64,000 bases of DNA from Styela clava (lineage: Eukaryota): contig NC_135261.1 of NCBI RefSeq assembly GCF_964204865.1, forward strand, positions 12,524,001 to 12,588,000. Reading direction: 5' to 3'. This document shows, in pieces, positions 26,601 to 40,400 of the stretch (positions are counted from its first letter, which is position 1; each line of letters opens with the position of its first letter). A model generated the notes under the pieces. The model had not been told where the DNA came from. It made no database searches and was given only the letters and a program-made list of their open reading frames with translations. A program made the position numbers and the translations under genes.

Positions 26601-29500
26601 ACCAAAAACGTTTTGATGTCCCATTTGGTTGGTTTGTCTTTAATGTATTGTCTAAACGACAACTTGTTTTTTGTTGGAATCATTCCTTCGTCAAGGGACA
26701 GATTGCAGCCCGGTGCATAGTGATGCTGATACTTTTCTAGTATAGAGTTAAAAATTGGTCGCGTCTTGTAAATTTTGTCGCTTTTATTGACATTTGGATC
26801 GTTTTCGTCCACGCAGTGAAGCAATGGCCATATAGCAAGAAATCGATCTCGCGACATGATCTCTGCAAAACCAGGCATGTACGAGTATGTAAACCTGGTG
26901 TTCTTTGTTCTCCAGTGTTGCTCATAACGATCTTTATACAGAAGCATCTCCATGGCCCATCTTAATGCGAAGAATGCTTTCATTTCTTCTATTGATATAC
27001 TGTTCTATATGATCGATTTTGCAGACAATGAATTGGGATTTCTTGTAGCACATACACCGCGTGGTTATTTGTATTGGTTACCAATGAGTTCAATAGATTT
27101 TCGTCCCAGACCAAAGAAAGATATTCGGAAGGTGTCGAATCATACTTTATAGATGCTGGTAAGTTCATAGGTCCCGGAGTTCTTGTCGGTGAAAACATGT
27201 TTTCAGTAAATCCTGAAGTATCCCTGATCCAATCCATGGAGTCAAGATCAGTAGCAGAAGATGGGGTATCTAGTTCTGGGGACGCGTTCGATCTTCATGC
27301 ATATGATCTTGCTGGAATAAGAGTTGCTCTTTCTGCATTATGAGTTCTCTCAGATATTGATCCATCCAAATCATTCATTATGAGATCGTCCTCAAATTCT
27401 GACTCAAAATGGTCACTGTCAGGATAGCTACTCTCGTTTGAACCTTCTTCGTCCGAAAAAAAAAGAGATTGGCTAATATATTTTCTGGATAAAATTTCTT
27501 TTCAGAAGACATACTGTATAGCTATATATAAAGTAGTACTAAGATTGCAACGTGTTGATGGAGTTCGAAAATCGAATGAGACCGAAACAGGTGTAACACG
27601 TGTCAGGTGAGTTTATGGTCCCAGCATGACGTCGTCCCGTTCATCCAAATTTGAAGGATTCCGACAGTGAACGATGAAGTTCATAAGTTTGACTTGCTTC
27701 GTCTAACATTCGTACAATCTGATATTTTGATTTGAAGAGCAGGCAAGTACTTATTTTGGTTGATATTTAAACAAATACTGATGGACGAAAAAAACATTTT
27801 CCACGGAAATTTTATATGACGATATAAACTTCCCTTCACTTCACCAGTACTGCATGCGTTACTCGAGGTCGGTGATTCAATCATATCGGGTTAATATCAT
27901 ATCGAAACTCGGCGACCGATGCCCCACTGAGAACGTCGTCGTGAAAATTATCTTGCGCATTTTGCCACGCAATACGTTTCGAACGTACGTATCAACATCT
28001 TCATGACTTTAGACACGTGATCGGCTTTTGCGTAGCTGTGTAATCAGTGCGCCATAGCCGCTTATCGAAGTTGTTCACCCGACACAATGATACACAATTG
28101 AGTATTTAAATATAAAATTGGTTATACGGCAGCCACGATAATAATTCGAATATCAACAAAAAGCTTATGGAGAACTCTTATGAACATTAGTTATTGGCAG
28201 TATATTTTGTACCAAAATAACAAAATTTGGAGCCATAACTCACTTACATGCAGAAAAATCACTGTTAGATTAGAGTCAATTTTATTGTTTTTGACAAAAT
28301 GTATTTCAAAAGGGAAAATACATTCTGATTGCACGATAAAATTTTCATTTCGATTGAAATGTCACACAACGTGCTACCTAAATTTGATAAAAAGTTATAA
28401 GCGTGCCAAATAGCCAATATTTGGAATTATTTTATTGTTCTACCGATACGGCGCCGCGAACCTTCAGGGTGAGCGAGTAACTTCGCTCAGAGACGTCAGA
28501 GTTCAGAGAGTTGATTACAAATATTTTGGTAGATCTTGAAAGATGTGGGAAATTTTTTTGAAGGTTAGATGATCTGAGCTGGCGACGATTTTTCAAAATT
28601 CGTTGTTTCGTTTTTCTGTTAACGAAGTTTACAATGATTGGCGATGGTTTTTTGGTGTTATATTTGGACATCCTGTGGCAATTCGAGATGTCGAATGAAC
28701 GCAGCGGTACATTAATTCGGGCTGCCACTTTAATGACCAGATTTTCACAGTTTTCATCAGCTGCATATGAGATGTTATGAAATTCAAGGTTATTGAGTCT
28801 GGATCTGCAATCTTGGTCTTGTTGGCGTTCTGTTAGAATACTTATTTCTTCTTCAAGATTTTCAACTAGACTTTCAAGTTCACGAATTTTCTTGTTGTTT
28901 TTAACAGTGACGTTGTTTAGTTCCTTATAGTTGGCATTTAACTCGTCAAATTGTTCGGAGATAAAGTCTTGGATTCGTTTTATATCACTAACTTCATCTT
29001 TTTTACGCTTATGGAAGATAGCTGAGATTTTACTTGCTTAAACAACACATCAAGCGACGATAAAGATTCCTGGATGCCGATGCTAGATGGAGTGTTGGAA
29101 GATACATCAATATAGCTAGTCTTTCCAAGTGTTGCTCTAATGTGCTTTCAAGTACAGACACCAAGTTGGAGATGTTAGATTCCGTTATGTTGGCAACTGT
29201 AGAAGAACTGACAGCAACGCGATCTGGGCGTTGGGCGCAAGGGACCCTTGCGCTTTGGTGGTTTTGGAGGAATTTCACAGGATCTTGGGGATGACATCTT
29301 GTCTGTCTCTGGAGTCCACAGATCAAATACAGATGTTATGTTTTATTATGGCTGCAGGCTTCAGTCCTATTCCAGGTGTTTTAACATTTCATTGCCAGAA
29401 AATTCATTGAAGACTATGATATTAGTTATTTTAGCTTATATCTGCAAACGTAATCAAATAGCGCCAATACCTATAGTGCTGAATATAACGCAAGTATACG
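23678..29500 (-). mobile_element. Degenerate non-LTR retrotransposon (CR1/L2/Jockey-group LINE), endonuclease region deleted, interrupted by piggyBac
   Basis: RT motifs KAVGPDNIP, GVPQGSCLGPLLFLVYVND and LFADDT (about 24300-25990, several frameshifts). ORF1 with coiled coil and HR...PSPIIVNFVNR...KIFV (28511-29400), continuing as NLT..NKELF..AR..K...YKYLWT (26000-26107). 3-prime AATAAA followed by an (ATCTGA)n-like tail at 23678-23702. The 5-prime boundary is approximate. Confidence 0.9.
26108..28510 (-). mobile_element. piggyBac (PGBD4-like) transposon, 3-prime truncated, transposase pseudogene 26108-27512
   Basis: DDD motifs LSLDEGMI, YMDRFYTS and YNSFMGGTD, plus MSRDRF, YIKDKPTKWDIK, CGT, WQDKK. 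Acidic N-terminus from ATG 27512. Stops and frameshifts present. Begins CTCTCT after TCAA (TTAA-like) inside LINE ORF1. Confidence 0.9.
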
Positions 29501-30194
29501 CTACTAACCAGCCATGCGCTTTACGGCCTAATGGTTTATTAGTAAAAATGTTTTGAATCGTTTTTTCGAAATGGGTCAATGGAAGCAAGCAGCAAATGGA
29601 TTTACAATAGAGGAAATGCAGTGTACTGAAAATAAGAGCACAATGCTCAAATATATGGACGCGATGGTCAAAACGAAATTTTATACCAACGGCTCTCCCA
29701 AAACTCATATCCTGGCAAAAGCTGGAACTGTTGAACTGCTTCCAAAACTTACCGGTAACGGTACCCTGACTGTCATAGCTTTCTCATGAACTGTGATGCT
29801 CCATGCGTCCAGTCTTAGAATGGATCGAAATTCCCAATGATTCGAGTCTCAACTGGACGCTAAATGCGATCGGGGAATCGCCACACGGAGCACAATTTTT
29901 GATTTCGAATTTAGATGATCGCACGAGTCTTCAAACTTCCCCGACGCCTTCTATAGCGACAACGACTTCTTTAACCAATGAAAAGCAAGTGGTCCAAGCA
30001 CGCTTTATTTGTCATATCGATACCTATATCTCCAAGAAAAAAATATATATAATGGGCATACTTCGCTACAAAATTGGTTTATCAATGTCAACCTACAAAC
30101 AGACACTTCAGTGCTATTTTCCAAAAAAAAAAAAAAAAACAGGCAGTACCTACAACTATTATAGCAGGGTCGTCCAACCTTTTTGGCCGAAGGG

Positions 30195-30821
30195 TAGGCT
30201 TACCATACGTTCCGCTTTAGGCGGGACAATCCCGCTTTTTAGCGTCTTGTCCCGACAAGTCAGCCAAAAGTCCCGCTTTTGCGTTCAGCCATCCAGCATA
30301 ATACACGAACATGTTCTCGTTACTGTTGTTACTGTGTAGCGTAACGCTAGCGTACTTACTGAAGGTGAATGTGTTATTTTGTTTGTTTCGTTGTTTCCCG
30401 CTAACATTGTTAGAGAAGGTATTACATGTAAAATTAAGTTTAATTAGTCCTGTTCGGACGTTCACGTGAATGTAACATTGAACAACGTTTTTTAAAGGTG
30501 TTATCTACAGAAAAGCATGCTTGGGTGAATAAGTAAATTCTTTATCCTTCAAAATGACAGACTATTTTATTATTCTTTATTCCTTTTGCTGTACATAAAA
30601 AAATCTAAATTAGGATCATTTGTGTCGTTAGCGTCTATTCCTTTCTATTTTTCGAAAGGAACCCGATATTTAAACAGAGAATATGTGCATGACCTCTCGA
30701 TGACGATATGGTCAATGAAGACAGCCGGGATGGCTTAAATGTAGACCTATGTAGTAAAATCAGAAACCGTAAAGTTACAAGAGGCGTCCCGCTTTGGAGT
30801 CAAAAAAACATGGTAAACCTA
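30195..30821. mobile_element. hAT Blackjack-like MITE
   Basis: TIR TAGGCTTACCAT/ATGGTAAACCTA, GTCCCG repeats, 8-bp TSD ccgaaggg. Confidence 0.88.
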
Positions 30822-31029
30822 CCGAAGGGCCACATGTAAGTTTACTAATAATTGCGTGGGCCACTTAACATTGGCATTATATTCTAGTTTTGCAACACTG
30901 AATATTGGTTAATGAAAACCATTGATACGGCGACATCGGTAGTTATTCCCGTTAGTTTCTCAAAAAAAAAGCTAATACGCAAGCCAGATCTTTTTAATCA
31001 CAGCTCCCAACAGACCAATGCCTCTAGTC

Positions 31030-31489
31030 CAGGGGTCGGCAATCTATGGCCTGAGTCGGCAACCTATGAGTAATATAATCCGGCCCGCGACGCTTCACTG
31101 AATTATAGTAACAAAACAGCCGTTTTGGCGATTATATTCTTCAGAGTTTTAGACTAATTATTATATTATAACCTAGCAAGTATATAATTCACAATTACTC
31201 GTTTAATGAGCCTATAATTTAATTATAATTAGACAAATGGCAAGAAAACGCAAAAAAGTTGATGCCAAGTGCAAAGGGTTCAATGGCGCTGAAAATATTC
31301 AAATGGATTTTACTGAGATGCGATGAGGAAATAAATCTATATTCTATTCGAGAGATGTATCACTACTTGATTTTTATTATAAAAAGTATCATTCGTTCGG
31401 TTTTCAACTTTCTAATGATTTGTGCGGCCCACTAATGACTTGCAACCCTTGATTTTGGCCCGCGAGCGACAAAAGGTTGCCGACCCCTG
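31030..31489. mobile_element. hAT Charlie-like MITE
   Basis: TIR CAGGGGTCGGCAA, perfect TSD ctctagtc, internal MARKRKKVDAKCKGFN transposase N-terminal remnant. Confidence 0.92.
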
Positions 31490-33445
31490 CTCTAGTCGTA
31501 CCCTTGATAGGGGCAATGGCTGCGAAATCTACGGTAATTTAAAAATCATTATTGACTCCACGCAAGAAGATCGCCAACTGAGCAAGCTCCAAGGCATACG
31601 ATGAAAATTTTCCGGCTTTTGCAATTAAAGTTTCCGCTATAGAGTTCCCAAGCTCTTCGACATGAAAATTTATTGTCTGTCTTGACAGGCTATTTTTGCA
31701 AACACCGCTTTTATTTCCGGACGTAAAACGTTGGCAACCCGAACAATACATAATATATATTTCCTAACGAATTCTCAATCTGAGAATGGCTTCGTTTGTT
31801 TTGCGATAACGTCATATAGAGTAGTAAAAGACCAAGTGTGTAAGCGGCTATGGCACCTCTATTTATCGATATGTCCTCCCAGTTGATTCCGAATAAAAAT
31901 GGCCATAATGGCTCGTTTGAAAGAGCTGGCAGTGCGAAATTCAGGAATATAAACAAATTGTTTGTATCAATCACATCTTTGTATACTACATCACTCGAAA
32001 AACAGTTTTACTCCAATTTTTTTTATTCAATTCTGAAAAATACAGCGTGGACCACTCAAAATGCTTCATGCCATATGAGGCCCGCGGGCTACGGGTTGAC
32101 TACACTCCTAAACGAATATAAATTTATTTCAGTGCTTGATTTAGTCCGAAAAAATTCAAAAAAAGAGAAAAAGAGTGTCATGACTGTCATTTGTTGTACT
32201 ATCCAGCGATGGTCTCTAGAACAGGGCTGCACAACTCATATGGGGATGCGTGTCAAAGTGTCCAAAATAATCTTCTCGCGTGCCAATTTATGTTTGAATA
32301 ATTGTCGGTATTTTATTTCAAATTTGGTCCATCAAAATCGTCGTCAAAGCATTCTAATGTTAATGCATCCGTGGATCAACGGATTGGTGCCATGGTCAAG
32401 TTTTTGAAATTTACCATTAATTAAGTGCCACGGTGAAAACGAGAGAGCTTCTCTCCTATTTATTCTCTCTCGTATTTCCTTTTTCATTTGGTCAGAGAAG
32501 GGGTGAACCTAGTGGTGTCATCACTTTTCGGTCACTCCGATACATCAAGCGTGGGTAAATTAACTAATGCTAACCACGCCATCAGTATAGCTGTTTAGTT
32601 GACACGGGCGAAAGTGCCACATGTTTTCGTGATAGCGTTAGGTAGATTGCGACTTGGGACAAATTTGATGAAACCCGAACTTGATATAAATAACAATATT
32701 AAAATATAAATAATACTTATTGCACTACAAAGCCCAACGGCCGATAATTGTCACCACTACATACAAATACATATTGAAAAATAAACGGAAAACGTTTAAC
32801 CTATTTTCTGCCGATAGTTCCACATGGGCGTCCATATGCTAAACTGTCGAATTCTGGTACTGAAAGTGTCAATTGCGACTGTTAATAACGGATTTTATTA
32901 CATTAATTAATTACATATTGTTTTGTTAGGGAAACTTTAATTATACAGCTAGTAATTAGTTATAATTAGCGCCCAACCATTCTCCAGTCACGAAAGAACT
33001 CAAGTTCAAGATTGGTATTTTACACATTTTGGGCTTTAGGTCGTAGATGTAAAATTCCATATAGGGGAAGTGATATTTGTGTCACATCGCTATTTACAGA
33101 TAAGCTCCGCCTGTTCGATTCCTCACTGATGCGCCGTATAGTTAAAGCGCCTAAATGCAAAAATGAATTTCAACTATAAAAGGCATTGTGTTTGTTTTTG
33201 ATATGGTGTGACACAGCATGTGGGTAGCTTCCGTCAGCCTACTTGGTACAAATTATGCGGTTTACGTTGCTTTTACAAATTGACCCTGTTTGATAAGTTG
33301 ATTTCCCACATCCTTTAAAAGTGTCACCAATCGTTTTTACGCTAATAAATGAGTGTAAAGTATTCTTAATCTCTCATTCTTGTAATTTCGGAAAGTTTAT
33401 AACAACCATGTGTTACTATTGTTCTTGCAGTCCAGTCCTCTAGAG

Positions 33446-33748
33446 CAGGGCTACTCAACTATTTTTACCGAAGGTCCGCATAACAAACTTCAAAATATTT
33501 GGGTCCGGACTTTCCAGACATTATATTTGAGCATCCTCAAACACGCAATTCCTCGGCCGACTAATAATTACTAAATAATCAAGATTGTTTGTTATGGAGT
33601 TATAGTTCTTTTCATTATATTTCAAATCTATAAAAGTGATTTTATAAAAGGAAACTTCAAAAGTGGGGCTAATGATCCAAAATAAAGAATTATTCAAATA
33701 CCCGAAAGATCCGGATTTGCACCGCGGTCAGCCAGTTGAGTAGCCCTG
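33446..33748. mobile_element. hAT MITE
   Basis: Perfect 15-bp TIR CAGGGCTACTCAACT, TSD ctctagag. Confidence 0.93.
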
Positions 33749-34103
33749 CTCTAGAGTTACCGATCATCTGGTAGTTTTGAATGACTGAACGCCTCAGAAG
33801 TCAGAATATAATTTATCTACTCTCTTACTAAAATATATTTTTGTTTGAATTGCTACGTTTCCAAGCATTTCACCTCCAAACCTTGTAGTGACTTCGGGAA
33901 AATTCATTTGGACAATTTTCAATTTTTTTTTTGCTTAGACAATAATGACATAGCAGAGCAACAAAGAACAATAATCTACAAGAAGTCGCAACCAGATGTA
34001 CTCTAGCAAATTGACACAAAACTCGCCTTGCCACGTGACTATTACGATCTTCAGATTGTATACTGATGGTGCCACGTAGGTCACGTCAGGTGACGCTACT
34101 TTC

Positions 34104-34306
34104 GGTGACCGTACATTTGAACCCACGTACATTTGAACCCATGTGTATATCCACGGGTTTAAACTATATGCGGGTGCTAAAACCCATGGGTTAGGGTTAG
34201 TATGGGTTCAACTATCCGAAAAACAAAAAAAATTCCATAGGTGCAATAGCATACAGGTGCAATTGTCATGGGTTCAAATGTACGTGGGTTCAAATGTAAT
34301 GGAACC
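34104..34306. mobile_element. Mutator/Foldback-like MITE
   Basis: GG...CC termini, inverted arrays of tacatttgaaccca, perfect 9-bp TSD gctactttc. Confidence 0.85.
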
Positions 34307-35199
34307 GCTACTTTCACCACAAGAACCTCACCCAAAGTGATTTATCTTTGTCATAGTTTTTATTTTCAACGTCTGATATAGCTCCAAGGGCTTCCTAATC
34401 AGATAAAGTGAACATCAAGTGGCCATTTAGTGATAGCAGCGTTATGTGTTGTTGGTTCTTCTATATATACGAACACACAAGGGAACATGTAATTAGTTAT
34501 ATTTGCCAACTTGCCTATCGCAGACGGTGTTATTCTTGTCGGCGACGAAAATGATACCCATAAAACAATAAAGTAGGTAAAGAGTTACAAAATATGAAAG
34601 AAACGGCACTTTATCTTTCTTCCGAGTGACGCACCAGTGCATATATTCAACAAAAATAGTTTCTTAAAGTATAAAAACTATTTGGTCCATTTTATGAACT
34701 TAACTTTTATGAACACAGCGAAAGTTTTGCCTAATGTTCAAAATGTTTTCAGTCACTGGTAATGGATGGTCATGAAAGTTTCGAATTCTTTGGTTTGTGG
34801 GAACTTCTTTAACAATTTATTGACTTATATGAACCTTTTTACCTTTATGAGTCAATGGCAGCATCTACAACAGGTAGATTCTTAATAAGGTTTTTGCCAC
34901 TTCAAAAATATGATCGGTCGTTGTTTTCATAGTTCTACCTTGTTGATTGAAATGAGCTGTATCAACATGTAAGAAAATGTTATTGACGGTTAGCTAATTT
35001 ACTACCTGCTTTTTTATGCCATCCCTACTTTACATCAGGAGTCTGTATTTTTGTTCCATATATCATTTCTCATTTCATTCCCAATCCGCTTTAGGCGAAT
35101 CACTCAGAAGAAGATATTTTCGGCGTTTTGCTCATTATTTTCATCATCCTCCCTTTCGAAAGAATATTAACTTATTTTCTATTCTATTTGTTTCTTTTA

Positions 35200-35800
35200 A
35201 CCTCCGTGTCGTGTCGTTCCGTGAAAACTTCTTGTGGATGTATGTACCTGTTATATTCATTCCTCTTGTCATGTTCGATGATTTGCGTGTCCATATTGAG
35301 TATATCTCTCTCTACACTAAAACACCATATATATTTATATGCTATTATTATATTTTCAGCCGCCGTACATTTGTGCGCAAATAAATTTTAATTTTTACTT
35401 TCCCCTGACGAATTATGTGATCTAGATTTTTAATGCTCTTTTGTTAATATTGTGAAGAATAACAATTTATTGTTGTTGTTAATATGTTCTATGGCGATCA
35501 TAACATCAGTGAACTTTACGTCATCTGCCCGCATAAAAACAAATTTCCTTGATGTTTCAATTATGTCCGTGGTATTAATTCGTTTTCCCTGATTCGACGT
35601 ATTTGCTCAATGTCATAATTTCCGAGTCTCTTTTGGACATCAACGCAAACTATTTGGTAATGAGCGCTAGATGTGTCGAATTTAGCGATATCGACGTGTT
35701 GGAATTTTACAATGCTCCATTTACATCCATGGTTTCTATCGGTCGGCCTTTCCATGGGCGATATACGATCCTAAATCGTTTCTTTGCATTCTCAAAACCC
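35200..35800 (-). pseudogene. Possible decayed TIR-domain remnant
   Basis: VQKRLGN...KYVESGKT...TDIIETSRKFVFM...VMIAIEHINNNNKLLFFTIL across frameshifts. Confidence 0.33.
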
Positions 35801-36833
35801 ATTCCGTGCAATTATGCCGGATGGTTTATCTCCGTTTTCAGGATTAGATTTTACACCATATAAAAGTTATCATCAGCAACGACTCCTCTGCTTTTATGAA
35901 TTTAGGTTTTGTCTGAAAATACTAGTATAAAACACGCACCAACCTTAGCGGCGGGCACAGTCAACCGCATTACCTGAATACACCAACTCCTAAATTAGAT
36001 ACATGTGGGTGCTATTTGCTGCGTATATTTTTCATTTCCACTTAATTAAAAAAAAATTGATGCAAAAATCTACTCATCTCTACAGTTTGGAAGTTTTTAC
36101 ACGAAGCGTTCGAATTCAGTTGTTAAATCTACGGTGATATTATCCTCGAAGTAAGGGCAATTGAATGCAGTGTGCAAAAAATAGGTCATGACGCTTCATT
36201 ATTGTACACCCTTACAGAATAGTCGTAAAAATAGACTTATCTCTTCATACGGCACGAAAACATGAATAGAATACATGGAGTCATCTTGCATCCTGGATTA
36301 TTCACATTATATATGTCGCATGCAGCTCACGCTCTAAAAGTTCTCTGCACAACATTTGTTAACAACTTATTTATTGTTAAGTGCATAAAGCATCGACAGT
36401 ATTCTAATAGAAGTTGATAAAAAAATATAAACAAAAAAAATTCGAACATTTTTGAAATAAAATAATTCTGTACAAACAACAGTAGCAATTGCACAAATTA
36501 ATTTTTTTTTATTATCAAATTTTCACGTCAGATTTATTCAATTATGTAGAAAACTTAAATTTTTTATTAAATTTATTTCGATTCACATATTTCTAGGTCG
36601 GTTGACAAAACAGATTTTTTAGATTAAAATCAAATTTCCATGAAAATGTCATTAACTACGATATAAAGTTTCAGAATGACGAGGATTTAAAATGAAGTTT
36701 GCATTTTTGTATGTTCCATATTGACATACAGCAGCAGTGCAACGATTGCAAATTGTGCACTGCATCGTTGACGCACGACTCCGTGTTGAAGCACCAGTAA
36801 AACACATTTTCGTACATGTGAATCCATTTCAAT

Positions 36834-37429
36834 CTACCGCATACATTCTTCTGATTCAGTTCCATACCACCACTGGTTGAGATCTGCTATTACTTTCGGT
36901 TTCGTCATGTGTTCCTTGTTACGTAATTTCCTGCATAGATGATAAAGACCAAATCGTTCGAATTCCATCATATCCTTCTGCATTACATCGTCCGTTTTCC
37001 AAATATGAAACCAATTTGAATAATTGCTATTTTCATGTTGTGGTCCAAAATTGAAACCATATCTTGGTATGACGTGAGTTCCTGGTTCTTTCCACCAATC
37101 AAAATATTCTAGATACGCCGTGTCATTAGAATCTAGATATTTCAAATATTCGGCCAATTTATTTAGATTTTCAAAATCTTCCAAATGGATAAAAGATCGT
37201 TTTGGCAATATTTTTATTGCATCTTCCTTTGTAGGGCCATGAATTACAGGGATAATTCCGCCAACCAAAGCGTTGTAAAACGTTTTTTCGGTTATATAGT
37301 CTCTGCAATGAAGTGAATTTTCAAACGACAAGTAAAACTTGAATGGCGCAATAGTTTCTAAAAATACGTTGAAATCATTTGGAATGGGGCGGTTGGCGCA
37401 TTTCCCAAATCGCTCAACTTCCAGTAGAC
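36834..37429 (-). CDS. FucT copy A coding exon 5 (GDP-fucose binding motif, stop)
   Basis: TTTCACAG acceptor. Encodes VERFGKC...FKFYLSFENSLHCRDYITEKTFYNAL...SFIHLEDF...LAEYLKYLDSNDTAYLEYFDW. Confidence 0.95.
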
Positions 37430-40400
37430 CTGTGAAACATATATAATATACAATTAGTTTCTACATAGTATACCAGTTTAAAATTTTGGTGACAGCACAT
37501 TTTCACCCGTAAACTGCACCCAGAACATTTGCACCTCTATACTTTTGCATTCATGGACATTTGTACCCATGGCATTTTTACGCATATGAATTTGCCCGAT
37601 AAACAGTTTCACCCGTGGATATTTGCACCTGCATACATTTGCACCCGCAGTCTTTTTTCGGTTTTTTCTTTCAATAAAATAACGCAAACGTAGTCGAATT
37701 TACGGTGGATAGTACAAGAGGCACGTGCATCGAGAAAGAGTAAGAGTTTATAATGGATCCAAATCAAGGGTTTGCAGTGAGTTTGTTTTCATTGCTATTC
37801 ATAACATTATAAAGTGCGTTTATTTATTGCAAATGGCAATACAACTTCTTTTACTGAAGACTGGTATCCATGGATGTAAATGTTTAAGGGTGCAAAATTC
37901 CGTGGGTGCAAATGTCCATAGATGCTAATATCCGTGGGTGCAAATGTTCATGTGTGCAAATGTCTTTGGGTATTAACGTATGCAGATGCAATTGTCCTGG
38001 GTGCAAATTGCGGGTGCGAATGTACGTGGGTTCAAAGATAATGAAACCTAAAACCAAACTTACATTCGACTGACAAATCCCTTATTGACAATTTCACATC
38101 TTATAAAAATATCAGTATAGAAATTCAAAACATCTTATTCTATCTAATAACCATTTAAGAATTAATAATCTCGCATAGGTGTATACTGTTTGCATGATTA
38201 TCCAATAAAGATCAAAAAGAGCTTGGAATGATTCGACATAATTTTTCCGTATTAGAAGACATTACGTTGGCATGTTTATCCAACCCTGCTACCTAGGGAC
38301 AATGTATATTGACCGAGGAGCTTAATGAATACAAATACACATGGAAACACAACAAAAACGTTGATATTGATATTATCATTTTGATATTTCATTCTGTTTT
38401 TCTACTAAAGTTATCTATTTATTTATATCCGCATTTTATTATTCGTGATACCTTATTGCCATTTGCATATTACTCGGTTTACTTTTTTGATTTTTTAAAT
38501 ATATGGCTATGTTTTCACCAATAAATCACGAAAATGTGCGTAATGTGTAGGAATTATATATCCCTAAAAGTCATTTAGTGTTTCCAGAACGCAGGTGGTT
38601 ATACAATACTTGTATTTGCATCAAACAATTTTTATGTTTAATGACACCATATGCCACCTTCCGTTATAGCTGATGAAGTTGTTAACGGATTTAATTTGAT
38701 ATCTTACAGGTTAGAATGAAGAATTGAAATATTGGTTGATGCTGATGCCCTCCAACAGGTAATACCAACATATCTAACATTATAAATATTCAGAGCCTTT
38801 TGAATTACAAATATTTAAAATTCAACAAAAATGTTTGAATATCAACGTATGTTAAATGAAACCTCAAAAATTTCAGTGATAACCGCTTTGTTCCATAAAA
38901 TTTCCTCTCTTTGTCACTCCTTATGCCAACATCAGACACACTTAGTGATTTTCTAGTTTAGGAAAGTCAACAATACATGCGAAAATTGGTTTCAACATTT
39001 TTCATTTGGTATGTCCAGCTCACTAGCAACATGAAACTTATACACCATTAAGTGTATACCCAACAGACCGTTTTTAATTGCCGAATACTTCAAATTAGCT
39101 AAAGTTTAATAAAATCATATCTTACCACAATAAAGATGAAAGTATGATATTGTATATGTGTCAACCTTTATAACCGAGATCAATCAACTTACCGTCTTTA
39201 GTCATGTCGTCAACTAATTTCATTCTTTTTGAGGCTCCTGCAACAACGCTACAATCGCTTACAACCCACGCAATAAGTTTCGATTTCTTTGCCATCAATA
39301 ACCCGATCTCTTTACGAAATCTATCTTCCGACATCGTTGGATATTTGACGAGTTCGGCATCCTTCATTTCATTTTGTCTATTAAAAACAGAAATATATTT
39401 TATTTCCACTGGATTTGTTTGTGCCACCTACAATTTTTCTGCGCCAATATTGAGTTAAAAAAATTGATGTATAATCTCCATAGGAGTATCGTTCATTGCG
39501 GTATTCTCGTAAACACCTGATAAGTCATTTCAGCCCAACTAAGGATTACCTGTCTGTGTAATTAGTAAACTAAATTAATACAAATATGTTTCGTGACAGT
39601 TTTTTAAATGTGAAGTGTATACCTATTTGTATCTTACGAAGTATGAATGACATATCACGGGGATTTAGTGAATACAGAGGGACCCACAAAAACGGAATGC
39701 ATAAATTTCTCAATTACTTCTATGAAATGTTTCAATTTTTTTCTACACTCGAACTTCTGTTTGTGTATGATTGTACCTAAAAGTTTCAGAAATCTAAGTC
39801 GTTTTGCACAAAATTTATGTTTTCTCCAGAATATATCCCAAATCAAAATCAACAATCATTTGCACACACTACTCTATGGGGTTTCAGCCTTTCCTTAACC
39901 AGACAGAAGTATTGATTTATCTGTGCCCATCTTGCGTGGTTGGACAATAAAGTAACCATTATTGTTGCTATTGATATGTTCTGACAGCAGTAAGTGCGAT
40001 CCCGCAAAAAAACAATAGAGTGATTGACAATTTTGCGCAATGTATGCAAGTCTGTCTCAAATTCCAAGGAGTAATTTGGAAAATATTCAAGAACATAAAT
40101 TTTATATAAAGCGTTCTAGATTTATGAAACTTCTGGATATAATCACAAACAGAAAAGCGCAAACATATTCAAATATTTTTTTTTCATTTTCGCGGATGTA
40201 AATAAAAAATTTATGGGTTGCATTTTGTCGGTCACTCAGTCCTTATCGTACATCACATAACGCTTTTGGTCTTCATTAGTTAAAATATTTATTTAATATC
40301 TATAGTTATACTATAAACTTGTTAGTGCTATTTAGCAGTACCTGTCAAACTTATACAACAAGTAGTCTAAACTTGGAGTAGGTGCAAACGAGGCAAGAAC

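Larger units (their letters stand above)
30165..32108 (-). mobile_element. hAT Charlie/SPIN-like deletion derivative with transposase remnant, hosting two nested MITEs
   Basis: Minus-strand 31490-31830 reads IAKQTKPFSD*EFVR...SLSRQTI..VEELG...AQLAIFLRGVNNDF...PIKGTTRG. Left end CAGGGTCGTCCAACC. Right end degenerate. Confidence 0.75.

Noticed and set aside
26219-26983. Domesticated PGBD gene
   Set aside because: Flanking frameshifts and stops, truncated right after the third catalytic Asp, and nested in a LINE.
29803-32407. Long ORFs 29803-30339 and 31850-32407 as genes
   Set aside because: They cross transposon boundaries and low-complexity tracts and have no recognisable domain.
34188-34200. 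Interstitial telomere (GGGTTAGGGTTAG)
   Set aside because: Only two units, inside a MITE.
39428-39516. Extra FucT exon after a CAG acceptor conserved in both copies
   Set aside because: No donor in a compatible phase and read-through hits a stop. The protein is complete without it.
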